Positions 58,474 to 64,000 of a DNA stretch of 64,000 nt are shown here, piece after piece. Each line of letters begins with the position of its first letter. Position 1 is the first letter of the stretch. This DNA comes from an uncultured Bacteroidaceae bacterium (GTDB taxonomy: Bacteria; CAIWAD01). The stretch lies in contig CAYFPS010000011.1 in NCBI GenBank assembly GCA_964345075.1, forward strand, positions 13,156 through 77,155, written 5' to 3'. The notes beneath the pieces are model-generated. The model did not search any database and was not told where the DNA came from. It saw only the letters and a list, made by a program, of their open reading frames with translations. The translations under genes and the position numbers were made by a program.

Positions 58474-59918
58474 GCCTTTATCCCCGCTTCTGTGAGTTCC
58501 CCGTTCGATTCCACAATAAAGCGCTGCTGCTCATGCTTCAGCGGATCAATCTTCTTGAGCAGACGATCCACAAGCCCCAGGCCGCCCATGCGTCCCAGCA
58601 GGGCAAGACTGTTGACCCGCCGCTCCTGCGCACCACGACTTCCATCCTGCCAGATGCCTGCAGAGTGCAGGTCCTTCAGGCCAGCGCGATGTGTAGCCTT
58701 GTGTCGCGCCAGCAGCTGATCGGCAAGCTGTGTTACAAGATCACTGATGCGCCCACTACGCTTTTCCAGATATGCAGCTGATGGATCTGTCAGGTAGGGC
58801 TCAATGACCTTCACGATTGTATCACGGGCGTGTGTGATGGTCTGCATGTCGTGTTCACAAGCTTCTCCGCCAGGGAGTTGCCTTAGAAATTCCACTGACC
58901 ACGGATCACCGGGATGCGGGGCATGCCATGGGTTAAGGCCACGCTCGCTGAATTGGATCACATCGCTGCGTCTGGCCAGCTGCAGGCGCGGGCGCGCAAA
59001 CTCCAGCGGGCGATCCAGCCCCAGCACTTCCCGGGCGGACAAAAGCTGCTGATGATAGGCGCGCTCGGTTGGTCCCAGAATCACGGCGGCTGGCTTAAGC
59101 AAGGCATCCTGCAGCAGGACACGGCCCAGGGCATTTGGACTCAGCTTTTCCGGATCAGGACTCGCCTGCCATTCCTGCATTCGCTGCCGGTTGCCGGCCT
59201 CATCCTCGAGGAACCAGAGCGGGCGATCATCCACCGCAACAGGTGCCTTCATGCCCTTTGCTATCAGCGTGGATGTATCACGGGCAATGGCTTCAGAGAG
59301 TTTATGCCCATGAGCCTTCATCGCTTCGTATACGGGCAGACTGAGTTCGCGAAACTCGGGATCGGAAGGATCGAGCAAAAGCAGCTCGGCCTTCGGTAAA
59401 AGGGTCCGAAGCACTCTGGCAAAGGCCTCTACAAGAGTCGTGCTGCTCGCAGGATTCAAGTGCTGCCTTTCCTGTGGAGCAAGCAGAGATAGAACTGACT
59501 CAAGCAGCTCTGTCTGTTTCAGCCACCAGTCTGCGGAAAGCGCGACCTGCCCCACGCTCCATGAGCCTTCTCTGGGCGCTGCAAGCGGGGCTGTCAAAGG
59601 GTAGCCGGCCGCAGCCGCCTCTTTCCAGTCGTGATCGTTGCTTTCCATCCAGAAGAGGCAGAGGGGGCGTGGCTGTCCAGCGGCTTCCAGCTTGTCGGCC
59701 AGAGCCAGCATGCCAAGCAGCTTCCAGAGTGTTAGCGCCGGACCACCAAAAAGCCCGCACTGCTGTCCGGTCACCAATAGGGGCGTGCCATCAATCAGCC
59801 GCTGCTGGTGTTCAGGCGAAAGGACCCCACCAAAGCGCTTCTGCTGGCGAAGAAGCAGCTCGACCAGCCTTGTATCACGCTGGACATTCTGCTCGCAGGC
59901 TTCCTGCAGGGTCTTCAT
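58470..59918 (-). CDS. bshC: Bacillithiol biosynthesis cysteine-adding enzyme BshC
   Basis: 482 aa. VTGQQCGLFGGPALTLWKLL and FWMESNDHD, which correspond to the TGQQ.GLF.GP / FW...EDHD hallmarks of BshC (YllA). Confidence 0.7.
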   Translation of the reverse strand: MKTLQEACEQNVQRDTRLVELLLRQQKRFGGVLSPEHQQRLIDGTPLLVTGQQCGLFGGPALTLWKLLGMLALADKLEAAGQPRPLCLFWMESNDHDWKEAAAAGYPLTAPLAAPREGSWSVGQVALSADWWLKQTELLESVLSLLAPQERQHLNPASSTTLVEAFARVLRTLLPKAELLLLDPSDPEFRELSLPVYEAMKAHGHKLSEAIARDTSTLIAKGMKAPVAVDDRPLWFLEDEAGNRQRMQEWQASPDPEKLSPNALGRVLLQDALLKPAAVILGPTERAYHQQLLSAREVLGLDRPLEFARPRLQLARRSDVIQFSERGLNPWHAPHPGDPWSVEFLRQLPGGEACEHDMQTITHARDTIVKVIEPYLTDPSAAYLEKRSGRISDLVTQLADQLLARHKATHRAGLKDLHSAGIWQDGSRGAQERRVNSLALLGRMGGLGLVDRLLKKIDPLKHEQQRFIVESNGELTEAGIKA

Positions 59919-60670
59919 TAGTGGCTCCCCCGCTCAAGCACCAGCAGGCTGCGAGCGGATTGCGCTGTCCAGCTCTCAGCTGCCAGATTTCCCCAATGGG
60001 CTTTCAGCCGGTAACCTGCCTTGATGGCCGGAGCCAGAAACCACTCCGGCTCGTAGAGTTTGACCTGCTCTTCAATCACCCTTCTGCCGCTTGGCCTTTC
60101 CAGCGTGATACGTTTGCAGACCATGTTGCGCGAAGCGTCGATTCTGCGCTCTTCCAGCACATGAATTTCACCCACTGTGCGTTCGCTGGTGGCAATCAGG
60201 TTTTCTTTCAGACTCTGTGGATTGAGGTAATCGAAGACGATCCTGCCGCCAGCGCCGGGCAGCTGCAAATAGCGCTCCCAGCAGGCCATGTTGACCCGAT
60301 CGTCCTCGTGGTAACCGAAGCTGGAGAAGAGGCTCATAACCAGGTCTGCGCCGGGTCTGATGGGCATTTGATTCAAATCCCCGCGAAGGAAGAGGGGATT
60401 GTTTTCCGTTGCATTTGCAGCACGCACCGCTTCTTCAAGGAGACTGAGCGACCAGTCCAGCGCGATCACGCGATAGCCTCTGGCAGCCAGCTGCAGACTG
60501 TGGCGGCCAGCTCCGCAGCCAAGATCCAGTACACGGGCTCCGGGAGCGGGAAGCAGCCCGGCGAGCCTCAACTTCTCGAGCAGGCCGGCGGCCTCCTCGG
60601 GGCTGCGATGCTGATAGAGTGCCAGATAATCCTGGTCAAACCAGGTGCGGTGCCAGTCATTGCTTTGCAT
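59918..60670 (-). CDS. Class I SAM-dependent methyltransferase (candidate bacillithiol N-methyltransferase NmbA-like)
   Basis: VLDLGCGAGRHSLQLAARGYRVIALD (motif I) and DLVMSLFSSFGY (post I/II). Its stop overlaps the bshC start, and it is the first gene of the bsh operon. Confidence 0.6.
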   Translation of the reverse strand: MQSNDWHRTWFDQDYLALYQHRSPEEAAGLLEKLRLAGLLPAPGARVLDLGCGAGRHSLQLAARGYRVIALDWSLSLLEEAVRAANATENNPLFLRGDLNQMPIRPGADLVMSLFSSFGYHEDDRVNMACWERYLQLPGAGGRIVFDYLNPQSLKENLIATSERTVGEIHVLEERRIDASRNMVCKRITLERPSGRRVIEEQVKLYEPEWFLAPAIKAGYRLKAHWGNLAAESWTAQSARSLLVLERGSH

Positions 60671-60708
60671 TGGAATAAAATGGGGATTCGCGGGCGACTG
60701 CCAAAGAC

Positions 60709-62715
60709 TCAGGCGGCTGTGTCTTCCAGCTCCTGCAGCAGGGCTTTGAGCCGATCAAGCTTGAAGGGTTTGGCCAGTGCGCGATCCACCTTGTGCTGGC
60801 TCAAGTCTTCCTGCCTTATTTGTGCGCCCCAGCCGCTAACCATGACAATGTGTGCCGCTGAAAGGCCGCGATCGGATTCCGATTGCCTTAGCCGATCGGC
60901 AAACTCCCAGCCATTCATGCCGGGCATGCCCAGATCTGTGAAAATCAGATCCTGTGCTTCACGCTGCCAGATATCCAGCGCCTCCTGAGCAGCTTCCGCG
61001 CTGCTGACTTCGTGTCCCATCATTTTCAGGATGTCACACAGCACATTGCGAACATCGGGTTCGTCGTCCACCACCAGGATTCTGCGGGAACGAAGTCCGC
61101 GAAGAGCCTCCTTCTGGGGCGTGCGCTTTTCAGTGCTTGTTTCAGCCGGTGGCAGATCCAGTGGCAGCGTGATACGAAAGCTGCTTCCGGATCCCAGATG
61201 GCTGGTGGCCTGGAGCTCGCCCTGATGGCGTTGAATGATACCCTGCGCCATGCTGAGCCCCAGTCCGTTTCCGCGCTTGCCTTTTGTTGTAAAGAAGGGA
61301 TCAAAGAGGCGCTCGAGGACTTCCGGCGTCATGCCGTGTCCGCTGTCCTTAACTTCCAGCACTGCACGCTCGTCTTCCGTGATACACGAAATGCCAATTT
61401 CACCCCCGGTTGGCATGGCGTCCAGCGCATTTTGAAAGAGGTTATGCAAAACCTCGCGCAGCTCACTGGCGTTGCCCCTGACCCAGATGTCATTCGCGCC
61501 TTCAAGCGATACGCTGTAGGTGATTCCAAGCCGGTTGGCCCGGTCCTTCCAGATGGGCCGCATCATTTCAATGACTTCACTCATCAACTCGCGCGCGTTG
61601 AGTGGGCTGAAGTCGGTCTCCTGTGTGACACGGCTGAAGTCCTGGATGCGCTTGACAACAGCCGCCCCGTCCAGAGCGCTGCGATGAATCAGATCCAGAC
61701 CACTTCGCAGATCGGGCGCGAGTTCTTCCAGCTGAAGAAGCTCGGTGCGTGCCACAATGGAGCCGAGGACATTGTTGAAATCGTGCGCTACGCCACTGGC
61801 CAACTGACCCATGGCCTTCATCTTTTCCGATTGCACCAGGCTCTTGCGGGTGCGCAAAAGTTCTTCGTTAAGGTCTTTCAAACTTTGGTTGACCTGTGCA
61901 ACTTCCAGGGACCTGGCCTTCAGGCTATTCTGATTCTCGCTAAGCTCTTCATTCAAGCGGGCAAGTTCCCGGTTCCCTTCTTCCAGTTCCTGACGCTGCT
62001 CGGCAAGCTGCCTGTTGGCCACTTGCACTTCGGCCAATCGTCGCAGGTAAGAGTAGACCCAGCCCAGCGGGATTGCGCTAAGCAGAAATCCCATCCAGCC
62101 GAATTGCAGGTAGAGGTAGGCAAGCAGAGCACCCAGATAGAAGAGAATCAGGTTGCTCCAAAGTTCGAAGTAATGCCCTTGACTGAACTGTTTGCGAAAA
62201 GGTGTACCCAATTGCAGGCGGATGGCGAGTGAGATCAGACTCAGATTGACCAGCGTGAAAGCCACGAAGGGCAGGATGAGCATTGGCAGAACCATGGGAT
62301 GGCTCAGGTCGGGCATCTGACCGCTCTTTCCACCCAGCGCATGATAGACCAGATTCGCCGCATTGACGGCCAGTACAGTCTGGCTCACATTGAACAGGCT
62401 GCGATACCAGACGGTCTTTCGCTGCAAGGCGTTGTAGCGCAGGCTGTTGATGGCGACCGCAGGCCCGGCAAAGGGTGCGCCAAAGACCAGGATCAGACAG
62501 TAATTAAGGGCCGAGTTGAGCGTGCTGGTACTTGTGCCTTCACTGCTGGCAACGTGAAAACTGCCGACCCAAAGCAGGATAGCCAGCCAGATGGCATACG
62601 TAAGCCAGGCTTCGCTGCCTGGCTGTGTGGCGAGCAATTGCTGCAGGTTCCAGAAAACGGCCGCGAGGCCTGCCAGAATGGTTAAGCTGACATGAATCAG
62701 GAGGGGCCTGTTCAT
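60709..62715 (-). CDS. Hybrid sensor histidine kinase/response regulator with N-terminal multi-TM sensor domain
   Basis: About 7 TM helices, a coiled coil, HisKA (SGVAHDFNNVLGSI), HATPase (NLFQNALDAM..GLGLSMAQGI), and a C-terminal receiver (ILVVDDEPDV..DLIFTDLGMPGMNGWEF). Confidence 0.85.
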   Translation of the reverse strand: MNRPLLIHVSLTILAGLAAVFWNLQQLLATQPGSEAWLTYAIWLAILLWVGSFHVASSEGTSTSTLNSALNYCLILVFGAPFAGPAVAINSLRYNALQRKTVWYRSLFNVSQTVLAVNAANLVYHALGGKSGQMPDLSHPMVLPMLILPFVAFTLVNLSLISLAIRLQLGTPFRKQFSQGHYFELWSNLILFYLGALLAYLYLQFGWMGFLLSAIPLGWVYSYLRRLAEVQVANRQLAEQRQELEEGNRELARLNEELSENQNSLKARSLEVAQVNQSLKDLNEELLRTRKSLVQSEKMKAMGQLASGVAHDFNNVLGSIVARTELLQLEELAPDLRSGLDLIHRSALDGAAVVKRIQDFSRVTQETDFSPLNARELMSEVIEMMRPIWKDRANRLGITYSVSLEGANDIWVRGNASELREVLHNLFQNALDAMPTGGEIGISCITEDERAVLEVKDSGHGMTPEVLERLFDPFFTTKGKRGNGLGLSMAQGIIQRHQGELQATSHLGSGSSFRITLPLDLPPAETSTEKRTPQKEALRGLRSRRILVVDDEPDVRNVLCDILKMMGHEVSSAEAAQEALDIWQREAQDLIFTDLGMPGMNGWEFADRLRQSESDRGLSAAHIVMVSGWGAQIRQEDLSQHKVDRALAKPFKLDRLKALLQELEDTAA

Positions 62716-62729
62716 GGGGGCAAGTCCTG

Positions 62730-63083
62730 TCAGTTGCTTCCCATGACCCAGAGAATGCGGTCGCCCAGAGTTTCCATCAGATTCGTATTAAAGTAGTCCT
62801 GCTGCCGGACGCGCTCTCTTAGCGAACCCAGTGCTTCCGGGCTGTGCGTGGCCGCTTTGGAGAGGTCCTCGCCGGAGAGCTGATCAAAAAGCTGGGCGGA
62901 AAAGGCACGGTCGAAGACCAGCTCTTCTTTTTTCAGGGATTCCATCAAATGATCGAGGATCTGATCGCGGCGCTCTTCCCACTCGGCCTGGGGAACCTGC
63001 TCCATGTGCTGCACGAGCAGTCTGCACAGCTGAACGAAGTGAGGGGCTGTCGTATGCATGGCTCTCCCAAAGCTTGCTGTCAC
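62730..63083 (-). CDS. Hypothetical protein
   Basis: 117 aa, helical/charged. Immediately upstream of the hybrid kinase and co-oriented with it. Confidence 0.35.
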   Translation of the reverse strand: MTASFGRAMHTTAPHFVQLCRLLVQHMEQVPQAEWEERRDQILDHLMESLKKEELVFDRAFSAQLFDQLSGEDLSKAATHSPEALGSLRERVRQQDYFNTNLMETLGDRILWVMGSN

Positions 63084-63335
63084 CGGCCTGAACCGACGCT
63101 ACTATCGGCTAAAGTTCGGAAGTTCTGAAGCTGTTTGCATGCAAAAACATGCACGCTGGAGCTTTTTGCCCCTTTTCCTGCAATGAACTCTTTTTGCCCC
63201 GTCTGATTCTTGACACCCCGCATTTCAGATTTTTCGTGCAGGAATCGAATCCTAAGTTCATCCCATCAGGCCAGACACGGCCAGACTGCCATCAGAACAG
63301 CCGCTTTTGCGAAAAAGCCAATTCCGGAGGTCATC

Positions 63336-63767
63336 ATGCTTGTCAGACATCTGCTGGGCCAGAAAGGCAATGAAGTTCAGACCACGACTCCTGCTGCTAC
63401 CGTGCAGGAAGCCCTCGATGCCATGATCACCCATCGCGTGGGTTCGCTGCTGGTGATGGATCAGGGCACCTTGACCGGCATTGTCACCGAGCGGGATGTT
63501 TTACGCCGCGGCCTGGCTGATGTGCGAAAACTGCGCGAGCAGCAGGTGCATGAGGTGATGAGCACGGATCTGGTGATCGCCACACCCGATGACAGCCTGC
63601 AGTACCTGATGGGTCTGATGACCCGCAACAAGATTCGCCATGTGCCGGTCTTTGAGGATGGTAGCCTCTGCGGTGTGGTCAGTATTGGCGATGTGGTTTT
63701 CGCGCTGGTGGAAGAGCACGCCACGGAAAACCGCTATCTGCGCGACTACATTCAGGGCAGCTATTGA
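63336..63767 (+). CDS. CBS-pair domain protein
   Basis: MLVRHLLGQKGNEVQTT... with two CBS motifs. ATG at 63336 preceded by GGAGG; the track ORF from 63210 is a 5' extension. Confidence 0.75.
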   Translation: MLVRHLLGQKGNEVQTTTPAATVQEALDAMITHRVGSLLVMDQGTLTGIVTERDVLRRGLADVRKLREQQVHEVMSTDLVIATPDDSLQYLMGLMTRNKIRHVPVFEDGSLCGVVSIGDVVFALVEEHATENRYLRDYIQGSY

Positions 63768-64000
63768 TGAAACCTTCAGCCCGCGAGCAGTTTGAACAGG
63801 AGCGCGCGCGGCTTCAGGAGCGCTTGCAGGAGCGGGGAAACCGTAACCTCAAGCGCTTTCTTTCCGTGGATCACGCCTGCTATCAGGATGGCGCGCTTAA
63901 GGCCGGCACCAAGGAACTGTTGGGGCTGGTGGCCAGTCTGGTGCTTCGCTGCGATGATTGCATCAGCTACCATGTGATACAAAGCCACAAGGCCGGTTGG
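63767..64000 (+). CDS. Carboxymuconolactone decarboxylase/AhpD-like protein (3' end lies outside the window)
   Basis: MKPSAREQFEQERARLQERL...LRCDDCISYH with the AhpD-type CxxCxxxH motif. Start overlaps the CBS gene stop (TGATG). Open to the window edge. Confidence 0.6.
   Translation, partial: MKPSAREQFEQERARLQERLQERGNRNLKRFLSVDHACYQDGALKAGTKELLGLVASLVLRCDDCISYHVIQSHKAGW

Overview
This 64-kb window is a gene-dense, high-GC chromosomal segment that uses Shine-Dalgarno sites, from a flagellated bacterium with a type IX secretion system (FCB-group-like, e.g. Rhodothermota/Gemmatimonadota-type). It contains no rRNA, tRNA, CRISPR, transposase or integrase.

Housekeeping content:
- flgK (5'-truncated) and flgL.
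- An activated-methyl-cycle set: metH, metF, metK, ahcY.
- mutL-miaA, an S8 peptidase, alr, a TPR-sigma54 activator, an Hsp15-like S4 protein, a sugar nucleotidyltransferase.
- A four-gene unit of lipoprotein, exported protein, LolD-like ABC ATPase and SDR.
- groES-groEL with a perfect CIRCE operator.
- A TlpA / DUF4266-like / DUF3570-like / ApbE envelope redox cluster.
- A GT9 heptosyltransferase, an MsbA-like exporter, rdgB, comM/yifB.
- A bshC-bshB-bshA bacillithiol operon headed by a SAM methyltransferase.
- A hybrid histidine kinase, a CBS protein and a partial AhpD-like gene.

Most notable points:
1. A 17-kb co-oriented array of four paralogous giant secreted proteins (752, 1957, 1679 and 1130 aa), each ending in a T9SS C-terminal sorting domain. 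They are built from repeated NIDO-like (nidogen-type) modules and PPC-like Cys-containing modules. Each gene has its own terminator, and two share a conserved ECF-like upstream motif.
2. An 8-mer, TGTAWCAC, present about 60 times in the window against roughly 1-2 expected. It occurs in both orientations and inside genes as well as between them.
3. A SelW-family selenoprotein gene with an in-frame TGA (CxxU) and a SECIS-like hairpin, absent from the ORF track.
4. A possible N-methyl-bacillithiol locus (methyltransferase plus bshCBA).
5. A candidate flavinylation motif (SGAS) in the DUF3570-like protein next to ApbE.
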